Assembly (NCBI GenBank): GCA_028824685.1
Contig: JAPPCZ010000087.1
Span: 25,915 to 89,914 of the forward strand
Direction of reading: 5' to 3'
DNA length: 64,000 bases
Source of the DNA: Candidatus Poribacteria bacterium
GTDB lineage: Bacteria > Poribacteria > WGA-4E > WGA-3G
The notes under the pieces are model-generated. The model had not been told where the DNA came from. It worked only from the letters and a program-made list of their open reading frames with translations, and ran no database searches. The position numbers and the translations under genes were made by a program. How positions within the stretch are numbered: the stretch's first letter is position 1; every line of letters begins with the position of its first letter. Below are positions 9,605 to 19,728 of this stretch, in pieces.

Positions 9605-10330
9605 TTAGACCCACTCTCTCAACACTTGTTCAGGATCAGTCTCTGGATTGAAAACCAATAAACCTTCATCGCGCGCTGCTCTCAGCAGACGTTGATCGGA
9701 TGCAACAAGTACTAACTTATCCTCCGAAGCGTTATGAAGTTCTATTGCGACATCTAACGCTGAGCGTAACACCATTGCATCAACGCTGTTGATTGAATGC
9801 TTATCCATCAAATTTAGTGATGCCCAAATTAGGGAATTGGGTATTGAAATTGTTTTGAAATCTGAGGCTGCATCGATTATTTCAAGGTTTAGATTGGCCA
9901 CCGCATGATTAAAGTCATATTGTGTAATTCGCTTGTCATTCCTTTTGCGAACAAAAATTGATAAGACCTCTGCTGCACCGATAGCCAAACACCTGAAATA
10001 TCCGCGAGAAGTATTAGCAAAAGGAAGTTAACTTTGTTACTACCAATTTCAAGGAGGTACCGCTTGACAAGCGCGCTGGCATCGTAGTAGAAATAATACG
10101 CACTTATTTTCCCGTTCTTCAATGATCGCTCGGCTAAATTCGTTTTCCTCGGCACGAATGCCATTACGCTCCATACTTTTGTGGAGTTCTTCAATCGATA
10201 TAGGGTCAAGACCAATAATTCCGTGCCGTTCAAAAAATGGGCGCAGAATTCTTGCTGCCTCTCGCTTATCTGCATAAACCGGTTTGCCAACTTCTACGTT
10301 CTTGTCATCTGCTTTCTGCCATTGTTCACA
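9605..10330 (-). pseudogene. degraded VapBC-like toxin-antitoxin module (frameshifted PIN toxin plus start-less antitoxin remnant)
   Basis: PIN N-terminal motif YYFYYDASALVKRYLLEIGS sits in one frame (about 10030-10100). The PIN C-terminal part VLVASDQRLLRAARDEGLLVFNPE sits in another (ORF 9605-9988). Upstream is an antitoxin-like frame (...ADKREAARILRPFFERHGIIGLDPISIEELHKSMERNG...) with no in-frame start codon. Confidence 0.5.
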
Positions 10331-10456
10331 ATTCTCCTTTTACTTCTGAATGGGACATCCAACAGTATAATTGCGTTGTCTACATTTGTCAAGATGAGAT
10401 TGCAAAAAACTAATTAAGAACTCTGTTAGGAATTCGATTTTTATAATGCGCTTGGT

Positions 10457-11353
10457 TTACATGCCACGTTTGATTCCAAATTCTGCCTCAAACGCTTCCC
10501 AAATTTCTTCCGATATGTCAGCGGTAGCCGCTTTATATCCATCTTCCACCTGCGCTTTGTCTGCTGGGCCGAACATCACAACCCCGTCTATAGGTGCAGC
10601 AAGACAAAACTGCATCGCTAAGTGACGAATATTTACATCCCGTTCTTGACACCATTTCCACATAGAATATGCCTTGGGTTCAGCATCCGGGTTCCGCCTA
10701 CGCTCATCTTCAACATTCGGTTCTACCCCCGTTAAACTTCCCATTCCTAAAGGGCTCGCAAGGATAATGCCAACATCGTGTTCGCGTGCTAACGGCAGAG
10801 TCGTCTGCGCGACGGATTGCGATAATAACGTGTAATCCAAGAAGGTGAGAATAATATCAATATGTCCTGTTTCAATCAGTTGCTTGTGGAATTCGTGGGA
10901 ACGTACTCCTGCCCCGATGTGTCGGATTAAGCCTTCATCTTTCATCTCCAAAAGCGTATCCAACGCACGTCCTTTATCTAATACACTTTCCATATCCAAC
11001 GGGTCATGGATCAACACTGCATCAAGATAGTCTGTTTGCATGTCTTTAAGACTATTTGTCACACTCCACCGTGTGCCGTCCGCGGAGAAATCTTTCCTAC
11101 GTTCAGGATGTGTGCCAACTTTAGCTTGTAGATAGACTTTTTCTCTTAAACCGTCAGAAAGTGCTTCTCCCCAAAGATGCTCCCTGTGTCCAGGGTAGGT
11201 GTCAATATAGTTGATACCGATTCCAATTGCTTTTCTGATTGCACTAATAACCTCTTCATCTGGTTTTGAGGACAACCATGCTGCACCAAGTGCTAATGCA
11301 TTTGGTCGCATCTCAGTTCGCCCCATTCGGCGAGTCTCCAATTTTTGTACCAT
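10457..11353 (-). CDS. aldo/keto reductase family oxidoreductase
   Basis: AKR-like C-terminal motif ILASPLGMGSLTG. ATG at 11353 preceded by AAGGAG. The track ORF to 11482 would overlap the upstream gene. Confidence 0.6.
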   Translation of the reverse strand: MVQKLETRRMGRTEMRPNALALGAAWLSSKPDEEVISAIRKAIGIGINYIDTYPGHREHLWGEALSDGLREKVYLQAKVGTHPERRKDFSADGTRWSVTNSLKDMQTDYLDAVLIHDPLDMESVLDKGRALDTLLEMKDEGLIRHIGAGVRSHEFHKQLIETGHIDIILTFLDYTLLSQSVAQTTLPLAREHDVGIILASPLGMGSLTGVEPNVEDERRRNPDAEPKAYSMWKWCQERDVNIRHLAMQFCLAAPIDGVVMFGPADKAQVEDGYKAATADISEEIWEAFEAEFGIKRGM

Positions 11354-11378
11354 AATAAAACTCCTTAAAGAGCTGCTT

Positions 11379-11978
11379 CTACTGTTCCTCAAGTGCTTTT
11401 CGTAATTTATGTGTAGATGTAGCAAGTGATTCCTGCAAATAAGGGTATGGGAAACCACCCCACCGATCAGGCGGAGGTTCATGTGCCTGCGCTATCTTTA
11501 GATTTACAAAAACAGTACCGGGTTCATTCCAAATCTTCGGAAGATCGGTTTCAAGTATATCTATGTCATCAAATTCATATACTTGCTCAAAACCCGTTCC
11601 TTTCGCAATTGTCACCCAACTAAAGTCAGCATTTCGTGGAACCGGTTGATTACCAGTTACCTCATACGTACCGTTATCACAAACAAAAAGGAGATAGTTC
11701 GCAGGCGGTTTTGCTAAACCTGTAATCGTTGCGAGTGTCCCCAAACACATCAACATGCTCCCATCGCCGTTAAGCACAATAACTCTTTTGTCAGGCTTTG
11801 CAAGCGCAATACCGAGTGCGAAGTCCGCAGCGTGTCCCATAGCACTCCCAACAGAGGCGTAATCCAGTGGATGTGTTGATATTTTTGCCCACGGCACGCT
11901 CATTCCCATCGTAGCAACGACGATTTCGTCTGTTCGTTGAGATGCAATGAGTTGTAAACACTCTTCCTTGACAAGCAT
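11379..11978 (-). CDS. thiamine-pyrophosphate enzyme, C-terminal TPP-binding domain only (sulfopyruvate/phosphonopyruvate decarboxylase beta-subunit-like)
   Basis: GDGSMLM...CDNG TPP-binding motif. 199 aa. No alpha/N-terminal PYR-domain partner seen nearby. Confidence 0.6.
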   Translation of the reverse strand: MLVKEECLQLIASQRTDEIVVATMGMSVPWAKISTHPLDYASVGSAMGHAADFALGIALAKPDKRVIVLNGDGSMLMCLGTLATITGLAKPPANYLLFVCDNGTYEVTGNQPVPRNADFSWVTIAKGTGFEQVYEFDDIDILETDLPKIWNEPGTVFVNLKIAQAHEPPPDRWGGFPYPYLQESLATSTHKLRKALEEQ

Positions 11979-12006
11979 GAATCCTCCATTTTAAAGTAAA
12001 GTAATT

Positions 12007-13407
12007 CTACTTTTTGCCTTCCTCTAAGGGTAAAAATTTGATTTTGGGTCTATTTTTGATCGTTGTTATCATAATTTGGAGGTGTTGCAAAAATTCCGAT
12101 TGGGTTTCTATTCCATTAATTCCACCTTCCCAAATAGCAAATGTCCGATAACTGATTCGTCCTTCGCTATCAGGATTTAGGGAAATAGACAAACGGGATG
12201 CATCTGTGTCAACCAAACTACTTGTCTGTGTTCGGGAATATATTAATGCTATACCGAGAGGATATGTTCCATCAGGGTCTGTTCCCCAACTCCATAACAA
12301 ACCTTGGTCTTCGTCAACACCAAATGTTTCTCCAAGTTTTGGAATACCCGCGACGATAGCATAATCCGCAGGCAACTCTCTATCTAATTGGATTTGGTGT
12401 TCAATCCAGAGATTACTGCCATAAATAAAAGTTGTTGACTTAAGATGGTATGTTTCACCGTCAATGTACCAACTGGGGAGAATCCGTTGAACTACAGAAC
12501 GCATACCTCCATCGGCAAGAATCCGAACGTAATCCTCATCACTTGGCAGTGGAATCAATTCGTTTTCTCCCCTATGCCATAGTGCGAACCCACCACATCC
12601 GATCAATTCATCTAAAGGTGTTAACATAACCATTGTGGTGTTTTCTGGGTCAAGAAGTGCATTTAGGGACAACCCAATTGATTTGAAAAGATTGAGTTGT
12701 TCCTCAGTTTTTCGGACAAAGTAATCCTCTTGATTCTCTAAGTCATGGATTACCCAACGCTGTTCAGGTTTTTTAACTTCTCTTTTTATCGCCTGTGGAT
12801 TTTGGGACAATGATATATTTTTGTTTTCAAAATGGAACCTAAATTCAGGTGACAACGGAACATCGTTTTCTAATTCACTTTGAAACATTATATTAACACC
12901 GAAAAGTTCTTCTCGCTTTTTGCCATAAGCAACTACAGCACCGCTTGGCTTCAGCAAATATGCGATTAAATCGGATTCTACTGCCGCGACAGCATCCAGC
13001 TCAGGAAAGATACCAGCACGTGTCTGCTTTTTTACATCAAGTGTAAATGTTGCCTTAACATTAGGGTCGTAGAGAATTGAGATCTCTTTTGTTTGCTCCC
13101 GCTCAAGATCCAAGAGAAAAACCAATTGGTCACGCTCTCCATCATAGTTTAAGTCATCCGCTTGCGCGGGAATCATTGCCTCTTGCGGTTGTTTACCAGT
13201 AACCACAGAATAAGCATTCAGGGAGAAATCTGGACTGACTTTTCGCAACTGGTCTAAAGTCATCACAATTGGAACGTTTTCTCTATCAATTGCGAGTGTA
13301 TTTTGAATAGTAAACCGGATGCGGTTTGTCTTCTGTTTTCCCCCTGGGAACGTACAACCAGCAAAAAATACCAAAAATGCTAAAATAAGCCAATGCCAAC
13401 ATTTCAT
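12007..13407 (-). CDS. hypothetical lipoprotein
   Basis: Signal peptide with lipobox FFAGC (MKCWHWLILAFLVFFAGC). About 465 aa, no recognisable domain. Confidence 0.5.
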   Translation of the reverse strand: MKCWHWLILAFLVFFAGCTFPGGKQKTNRIRFTIQNTLAIDRENVPIVMTLDQLRKVSPDFSLNAYSVVTGKQPQEAMIPAQADDLNYDGERDQLVFLLDLEREQTKEISILYDPNVKATFTLDVKKQTRAGIFPELDAVAAVESDLIAYLLKPSGAVVAYGKKREELFGVNIMFQSELENDVPLSPEFRFHFENKNISLSQNPQAIKREVKKPEQRWVIHDLENQEDYFVRKTEEQLNLFKSIGLSLNALLDPENTTMVMLTPLDELIGCGGFALWHRGENELIPLPSDEDYVRILADGGMRSVVQRILPSWYIDGETYHLKSTTFIYGSNLWIEHQIQLDRELPADYAIVAGIPKLGETFGVDEDQGLLWSWGTDPDGTYPLGIALIYSRTQTSSLVDTDASRLSISLNPDSEGRISYRTFAIWEGGINGIETQSEFLQHLQIMITTIKNRPKIKFLPLEEGKK

Positions 13408-13486
13408 TGTTAGAATTTGAGTCTTTTCATCTGTGTATATCATCAATTTTCATTTCCGATTGAAAGTCATACCTTAGAAATTGCCC

Positions 13487-14635
13487 TTAATGTGTAGGTA
13501 AAACTTCAAGTAAATCTGCAATTTCTAATTCCGTGTTGTAAAAATGCGGTGAGACTCGGACTCCGCTACCGCGTTCTGCGGTAATTATATTCCTTTCATT
13601 AAGTAGCGTAAAAAGTTCAGCAGGTGTATAGTGGTCGCTTTCAAAAACCACGATCCCTGAACGTTCAGAATCCGACTTTGGCGTGATGACACGATAACCT
13701 TTTGCGTTTAATCCTTTAATTAAGCCTGATGTCAGTTCCAAAATGCGTGTTTCAATGTTAGACACATCTATTTCAAGTAATAGATCAATCGCTGCCTTAA
13801 GTCCATACAAACCGGTGCTATTGTATGATCCCTCTTCAAAACGTGTTGCATCCGGTTTCTGTGTTAGGTCATAATCGAGAAATTCGCGAGGATTTACAAC
13901 GCTTGCCCATCCAACATTGGTATTGATAAGTCGTTCCAGTTTGTCTTTAGCGCAATAGAAAATCGCTGCACCCTCCGGTGCCAGCAACCATTTGTGACCA
14001 TCTGCTGCAAGAATATCAATGTGGCTTGACTTCACATCTACCTCAATCGCACCGAGGCTTTGAATTGCATCCACCACAAACCATACATCGCGTTCTCGGC
14101 ATATCTCCCCAATTGCTTTGATGTCGTTCCGGTAGCCAGAAGCGAATTCCACATGGCTAATTGTTACGACTCGTGTCCGTTCATCAATTGCTTCAATAAT
14201 ATCTTCAAGGTGAATGCGACCGTCCCGCTCAGGTACCATGCGCGTCTGAACGCCATAGCGTTCCTTCAAACTCCACCACGGATAGACATTTGCGGGAAAT
14301 TCAACCGCTGTAGTGACGACGTTATCTCCTTGATGCCAATCAATGCCGTTTGCAGCGATCAGTATTCCCTGCGTCGTATTTTTCATAAACGCTATCTCTG
14401 TAGCATCGGCGTTGACAAGTTGTGCCGCAACGGATCGGCACATTTCAACCGTTTCAGTCCAAGAGTCTACGTTTACAGCACCGTTCACAGTGGCATCTTC
14501 CACAAAGCCTACCATTGCATCCCTTACCCGACGTGATAATGGCGCAACACCTGCATGGTTCATATAAACATAGGATTTGGTAACCGGAAATTCGGCACGC
14601 CACTTCTCAAAGAACGTTCTCAATACGTTTGACAT
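13487..14635 (-). CDS. aminotransferase class V (cysteine desulfurase / PLP-dependent transferase fold)
   Basis: DGHKWLLAPEGAAIFY motif carrying the PLP-binding Lys, characteristic of class V fold-type I enzymes. Confidence 0.7.
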   Translation of the reverse strand: MSNVLRTFFEKWRAEFPVTKSYVYMNHAGVAPLSRRVRDAMVGFVEDATVNGAVNVDSWTETVEMCRSVAAQLVNADATEIAFMKNTTQGILIAANGIDWHQGDNVVTTAVEFPANVYPWWSLKERYGVQTRMVPERDGRIHLEDIIEAIDERTRVVTISHVEFASGYRNDIKAIGEICRERDVWFVVDAIQSLGAIEVDVKSSHIDILAADGHKWLLAPEGAAIFYCAKDKLERLINTNVGWASVVNPREFLDYDLTQKPDATRFEEGSYNSTGLYGLKAAIDLLLEIDVSNIETRILELTSGLIKGLNAKGYRVITPKSDSERSGIVVFESDHYTPAELFTLLNERNIITAERGSGVRVSPHFYNTELEIADLLEVLPTH

Positions 14636-15830
14636 CTTCCCTCGCATTCAAAACTATTTCAACTGTATAATCTTTAACTCGTTTTGCATTTGCAAAAACT
14701 ATTGCTTCACCAAACAATCCACAGCAGAAAATGAAAATTCCGGTATTTATCAAAATAGGACTAACGTTTGGAAAACCTATTGTTAAAATACCGCCCAATG
14801 CTGTTAACAGAGTGCCAAAGGGCCCAAAATATCGAATAGGGCGTCTTGCACAACGATATATAAAAAAAGGCGCGAGTGGGCTTAAATCAGCAGCTTCCCG
14901 TTGTGCCTTGGAAATTGACCAACTTGTTATTAAACTAATTCCCATCAGCGATATCCCCATTCCAATGCAACTAAGAGCAGCAATTATGGCAACATTAATA
15001 AGAAGAAACCCGATAATGAAGAAAGGAAGGCTTAGAAACGCAGCGATACGATAAACATGGAATTTTGGGTTAATTTGGTTATCATAGGTTTGTTGCGTAA
15101 GAGAATTACCACTCGGATTGGACTGTCGCGCGAAAATTGAAAGAATTAACTTAAACGCTAAAATGTCCAGGATAACGCGCCAAATTCTACCGAGACCGTA
15201 TTTACTTATCCCAAAACGGCGAGGGTGATGTTTGACGACCATTTCTGCGATGCGCGCGCCTACGACCTTGGACATGGCTGGAATGAACCGATGCATTTCT
15301 CCATAAAGCGGCACCTGTTTGATAACCTCAGATCGATATGCTTTGAGTGAACAACCGTTGTCATGGATAGCAACACCCGTCACCTTACTAATTATCCAAT
15401 TGGCAGCCACAGAAGGGACTCGCCTTGTCCAGAATTTGTCTTGGCGTTCTCTTCGCCATCCACACACCAAATCATAATCTTCGTCAAGTTTCTCAAGCAA
15501 TTGCGGAATATCGGCAGGGTCATTTTGTAGATCACCATCCATGCTTATAATCCGCTCACCTTGGGCAAATTCAAAACCAGCTGCCATCGCAGCTGTTTGA
15601 CCAGCGTTCTCTTGGAATCGAATCACGACTAAATGGTGTTCCTGATTACGCAATTCTGATAGCACTTCAAAGGTGTTATCTTGACTCCCGTCGTCAACAA
15701 AAAGCACTTCATAAGTTCTGCCAATAGCCTCACATACCGTCCGAATTTTTTCATATAGTGGCCGGACATTCTCCTCCTCGTTGTACACCGGGACAACAAT
15801 TGATAGATATGGTTTTTGTGTAGCGTTCAA
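14607..15830 (-). CDS. GT2 polyprenyl-phosphate glycosyltransferase (GtrB/ArnC/Dpm1-like) with C-terminal multi-TM domain
   Basis: SIVVPVYNEE, DDGSQD and DGDLQND (DXD) motifs. C-terminal half strongly hydrophobic. Confidence 0.7.
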   Translation of the reverse strand: MNATQKPYLSIVVPVYNEEENVRPLYEKIRTVCEAIGRTYEVLFVDDGSQDNTFEVLSELRNQEHHLVVIRFQENAGQTAAMAAGFEFAQGERIISMDGDLQNDPADIPQLLEKLDEDYDLVCGWRRERQDKFWTRRVPSVAANWIISKVTGVAIHDNGCSLKAYRSEVIKQVPLYGEMHRFIPAMSKVVGARIAEMVVKHHPRRFGISKYGLGRIWRVILDILAFKLILSIFARQSNPSGNSLTQQTYDNQINPKFHVYRIAAFLSLPFFIIGFLLINVAIIAALSCIGMGISLMGISLITSWSISKAQREAADLSPLAPFFIYRCARRPIRYFGPFGTLLTALGGILTIGFPNVSPILINTGIFIFCCGLFGEAIVFANAKRVKDYTVEIVLNAREDVKRIENVL

Positions 15831-15832
15831 TG

Positions 15833-16576
15833 CTACTCCTTCCGATTCAAAAGAATTTGATGTGCTTTCGTTAGGGAATCAAAAGTCCCTGCATCAATCC
15901 ATTCACCTTGTAATAAACTATGTTCAAGTTGTCCTCGTTCAATATAGACATTATTAACCGAAGTAATCTCGTATTCCCCGCGTGCTGAAGGTTCAATTGT
16001 CCGAATAACATCAAATACTAATGAATCGTAAAAATAGACACCTACTACCGCATAATCACTTTCAGGTCGCCTTGGCTTCTCGTCAATTCTCACGACTTGG
16101 TCACCATTCAAAGTTGCTACCCCATATCGTTCAGGATCACCAACTTTTTTGAGCAAAACGCGAGCACCCGCTTGTTGTGCCTCAAAATCAGAAACGACTT
16201 GTTGAATTGAGGACTCAAAAATGTTATCACCAAGTAAGACAACTATTCTACCGCCAGCAGCAAAACCTTCGGCTAAAGCAAGCGCATTCGCAATCCCCTT
16301 TGCCTCTTCCTGCACGCGATAAGTGAATTCACAACCAAACTCTTTTCCACTCCCCAACACGTTCACAAAATCTCCAACGTAAGACGGATTCGTAACAATA
16401 AGAATTTCGGTAATTCCTGCTTCTGTTAGTTGCCTGACTCCGTGAAAGATCATCGGTTCATTGCCAACAGGCAAAAGATGTTTACTGGTAACCTTAGTAA
16501 GTGGATATAAGCGGGTACCCAAACCTCCCGCGAGAATTACGCCTCTAAGCATCGCTTCTTTTATGGTTTTCGGCAT
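15833..16576 (-). CDS. sugar-phosphate nucleotidyltransferase (RmlA/GlmU-like short form)
   Basis: G-x-G-T-R-L-x-P-L-T signature (ILAGGLGTRLYPLT). 247 aa. Confidence 0.7.
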   Translation of the reverse strand: MPKTIKEAMLRGVILAGGLGTRLYPLTKVTSKHLLPVGNEPMIFHGVRQLTEAGITEILIVTNPSYVGDFVNVLGSGKEFGCEFTYRVQEEAKGIANALALAEGFAAGGRIVVLLGDNIFESSIQQVVSDFEAQQAGARVLLKKVGDPERYGVATLNGDQVVRIDEKPRRPESDYAVVGVYFYDSLVFDVIRTIEPSARGEYEITSVNNVYIERGQLEHSLLQGEWIDAGTFDSLTKAHQILLNRKE

Positions 16577-16633
16577 CAGTCAGTTTCTAACAAATTCATC
16601 GGGTAATATCGTTAGAACCTCTTATGCTTGAAA

Positions 16634-17536
16634 TTACGAGTTTTTTCCGCGTCCAGGGAACGTTAATTCTGCGACACCAGACTTATCCAACTCACCTAAT
16701 CCCAGTTCAATCATACGATCATACTGCTCTTTCGTCGCTTTTGCCAGTGGAAGTGCAATTCCTGCATCATTCGCAAGGTCAAGCGCGATACCCGAATCCT
16801 TAGAGGCATGCGCGGCCGAAAAATAACATTCATGATCGCGTATCTGCATATCCTCTCCATCTGTTTCTAAAACACGAGAGTTTGCACCCGTTTGAGCAAA
16901 TACTTCCTGCAACATCTCCAGATCCAAACCAAGTGCAGCACCCAACCCAAGTCCTTCTGCAAGACCCGCGGTGTTGATGTTCATCACCATGTTGACTAAT
17001 GCTTTTACTTGTGCAGCCTTTCCTGCTTCACCGATATAACGGAGGGAAACACTCATTGAATCCAAAATTGCACGTGCCTTATCAAAAGTTGCCTTTTTGC
17101 CACCACACATTAAATAAAGTGTGCCTTCTCGCGCTTGTGTAATGCTACTCGCCATACAGCCTTCAAGACTTTCTGCACCGTGTTTTTCGGCGAGATTCTC
17201 AACATCTACATGAGCTTGTGGGCTAATCGTGGCACAATTGATAAACACTTTGCCTGACGCACCTTTGAGCAAACTATCATCCGCATCATCAGAATAGATC
17301 TGCCGCATTGAATCGTCATCTGTAACAACTGTGATGATGTAATCAGCAAGTTCAGTGACTTGTGCTAATTTGTCTGCTGCCGTTGTGTCAAGTTCCGATG
17401 CTAATTCCTGGGCACGTTCACCTGCAGCATCGTAAACAGCAACTACTTTGAACCCTTCGTCATTAAGATGTCGAGCAATGTTCGCTCCCATCCTGCCTAC
17501 ACCTACAACGCCAATTTTATATTCTGCGTTTGCCAT
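16634..17536 (-). CDS. NAD(P)-binding 6PGDH/HIBADH-family dehydrogenase
   Basis: N-terminal Rossmann motif IGVVGVGRMGANIARHL. About 300 aa. Confidence 0.65.
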   Translation of the reverse strand: MANAEYKIGVVGVGRMGANIARHLNDEGFKVVAVYDAAGERAQELASELDTTAADKLAQVTELADYIITVVTDDDSMRQIYSDDADDSLLKGASGKVFINCATISPQAHVDVENLAEKHGAESLEGCMASSITQAREGTLYLMCGGKKATFDKARAILDSMSVSLRYIGEAGKAAQVKALVNMVMNINTAGLAEGLGLGAALGLDLEMLQEVFAQTGANSRVLETDGEDMQIRDHECYFSAAHASKDSGIALDLANDAGIALPLAKATKEQYDRMIELGLGELDKSGVAELTFPGRGKNS

Positions 17537-17599
17537 ATCCGCCTCCTTACTCTATTCAAGATTCAAAAAAGGAAATACAATCTACTGCTTTGTCAAAAT

Positions 17600-17640
17600 A
17601 TTGTTATAGGTCGCGATTCGGAGATCGCTCCTACTGATGG
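17600..17640. repeat. palindromic repeat module GTCGCGATTCGGAGATCGCTCC
   Basis: Same family as the modules at 7760, 47395 and 50566. Confidence 0.7.
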
Positions 17641-17802
17641 ACTACTTTCTATACCCATCAATTAGCACTTGATTAAGCACTACTATAAGTTTGTTATTAG
17701 ATTATTGTATAAATTTTACTCTGATTTGTCAACAGGTTTTGTTCAACAGTAGACAATAGATTTTCCCATTTTTTCTAAAATAAATAATACAAAACTTTTT
17801 TC

Positions 17803-17830
17803 TTGACAATTTTTGTATTTTTGTTATACT
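17803..17830 (+). promoter_or_regulatory. sigma70-like promoter for the TPR protein gene
   Basis: TTGACA (17803-17808), 16-nt spacer, TATACT (17825-17830). Confidence 0.5.
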
Positions 17831-17911
17831 AAAAATATAAATCAAAACCAGTAAATCTCATCAATCTACTGGCAGGTTTTCATTATTTTATTCTGAGGAG
17901 GATTAGCAACG

Positions 17912-19315
17912 ATGACCCGTTTCACACCAAGTTTTGCTCTAAGAATAGATCAAAACTATCTTTTTATTATCATACTTGTCCTGTTTGTGGTACCACATAT
18001 TGGGTGCATAGGAGGGGTTGACATCGTACCATTGAGTGCGAAAATCCAAAATGCTGATAACGCATTTGAAGAGGCAGAAGCTATTTCTACCCGATCAGAT
18101 GACCCAGAAGAGAAACAGGAGGCACAGGCCAGGCAGCAAAAAGCTTATGATAGAGCGATGTCCCTTTATCTTGAAGTCATTGCAAAAGATGCTAAAGCAA
18201 AATATGCCCAGCGTGCACACTATCAAATCGCAAGGATTTACAAGAAGCATTATGAATGGGATAAAGCGAACGAACATTATCAAGCAATTGTTGAACTTGA
18301 CCCAACAGGATACTACGCAAGTGAAGCAAAGAGTGGTATCGCAAGTATTCGTAAGAATCGCCAACTAATTAAAGATGAATTAGCAAATTATCAAAACTAC
18401 AAAGCCATCTATGACACTGAACCGACTGATGAAACCTATGCTATAGCCGCAAACTCGCTCTACAAGGTTGCACAGGCGTATGAAGCATTAGAAAATTTCC
18501 CCGAAGCCATTGCTACTTTTGAAAGATTGGTTGAAGAATTTCCCAATCATGACAAAGCAGTACAATCCCAATATCAGGTTGGAAACATCTATTTTTACAA
18601 ATTGTATGATTATACCAATTCTGGTGGTTGGGGTGCTTTTGTAGCAGTCGCGGAAAAATTTCCTGATACTTACGAGGCTGGGCAGGTTAAAAATGAATTG
18701 AATAAGACTAAAGACCTCTTGACTGAAATCAAACAATATCAAGATGAAATTCAGCGAAACAAGAGGAAAACAGCAGTCGAATATGAAAAACTTGGAAGGT
18801 ATGTGCTGCCATCAGAAAAATGGTTGATGGGAAAAACCGACCTCGTTGTTCAGAGTTATCAACAAATTGCCAATAACTGGGAAAAACTCCGTAACTATCC
18901 GAACGCTATTGAAACATATAAGGTGTTAATTCGCGATCTTTCACATAAAAAGTACGCGGTTGCCGATGCTTTTTACCAAGTCGGTTCACTCTACCAGCAA
19001 AGTGCTCAGTATGAACGCGCAATTCAAGCTTTTGATGATCTGCTTGAAAATGCACCAGAATCCACATGGCGGAATGAATCTGTATATCAACAGGCAGTCT
19101 GTTATCGTTCTATCCGTGAATTTGGTGCCGCTTATAAAGGGTTCAAAACATATATGAGTCTCGCAAAAGGTGATCGCCCTTATCTTCGAGAGGCTGAACA
19201 GATCATACGCCAGTACGAGCTTGATCAAGACCAAGACGGCTACTTGTTCTATCAGGAACTGGAAAACGGCACCTCTGATCAAGATCCGAACTCACAACCT
19301 GGCGCAGGAAACTAA
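17912..19315 (+). CDS. tetratricopeptide-repeat protein with N-terminal membrane anchor
   Basis: N-terminal hydrophobic helix, then repeated Y/A-rich TPR-like units. 467 aa. Confidence 0.6.
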   Translation: MTRFTPSFALRIDQNYLFIIILVLFVVPHIGCIGGVDIVPLSAKIQNADNAFEEAEAISTRSDDPEEKQEAQARQQKAYDRAMSLYLEVIAKDAKAKYAQRAHYQIARIYKKHYEWDKANEHYQAIVELDPTGYYASEAKSGIASIRKNRQLIKDELANYQNYKAIYDTEPTDETYAIAANSLYKVAQAYEALENFPEAIATFERLVEEFPNHDKAVQSQYQVGNIYFYKLYDYTNSGGWGAFVAVAEKFPDTYEAGQVKNELNKTKDLLTEIKQYQDEIQRNKRKTAVEYEKLGRYVLPSEKWLMGKTDLVVQSYQQIANNWEKLRNYPNAIETYKVLIRDLSHKKYAVADAFYQVGSLYQQSAQYERAIQAFDDLLENAPESTWRNESVYQQAVCYRSIREFGAAYKGFKTYMSLAKGDRPYLREAEQIIRQYELDQDQDGYLFYQELENGTSDQDPNSQPGAGN

Positions 19316-19374
19316 GGATTTTGGCGGTTTAAATTTCTGATAGGTGGGTTGAAAGAAAGCAATCGTCATTCATA

Positions 19375-19630
19375 GCCACGGTAGGTGCGGTTTCTAACCG
19401 CACCATAGGTGTCAATTTAAGAACATGTATCTGTTTTTCTCGTTTGAAATAACGGATTGTCTGAACCAAGATTTTAGTGTTGACTGCTCTTTGTAGCGCA
19501 AACTTTTAGTTTGCGTCCCTTTGATGCACAAACTAAAAGTTTGTGCTACGCTAAGACAGGACAAATCCTCTAATTTACACACAAAATTGACGCCTATGGT
19601 GCGGTTTCTAACCGCACCGATCCAAAAAAT
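19375..19630. repeat. composite palindromic repeat block (two GGTGCGGTTTCTAACCGCACC hairpins flanking GCGCAAACTTTTAGTTTGCG / GCACAAACTAAAAGTTTGTGC hairpins)
   Basis: Hairpins at about 19384-19406 and 19608-19628. Inner palindromes at 19497-19516 and 19526-19546. A similar GCAAACTAATAGTTTGCG module recurs at 36650-36685. Confidence 0.75.
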
Positions 19631-19728
19631 AGTTTATGCGAAACTCACGTTTTCTTCCTAAATCCACCTATAAATTAAAACAGCACGAAGTTAAATCTAC
19701 TGATGTATAAATGCAGTAGACGTGTTTG

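Noticed and set aside
14060-14536. 158-aa plus-strand ORF
   Set aside because: It is antisense to, and within, the class V aminotransferase gene. No motif.
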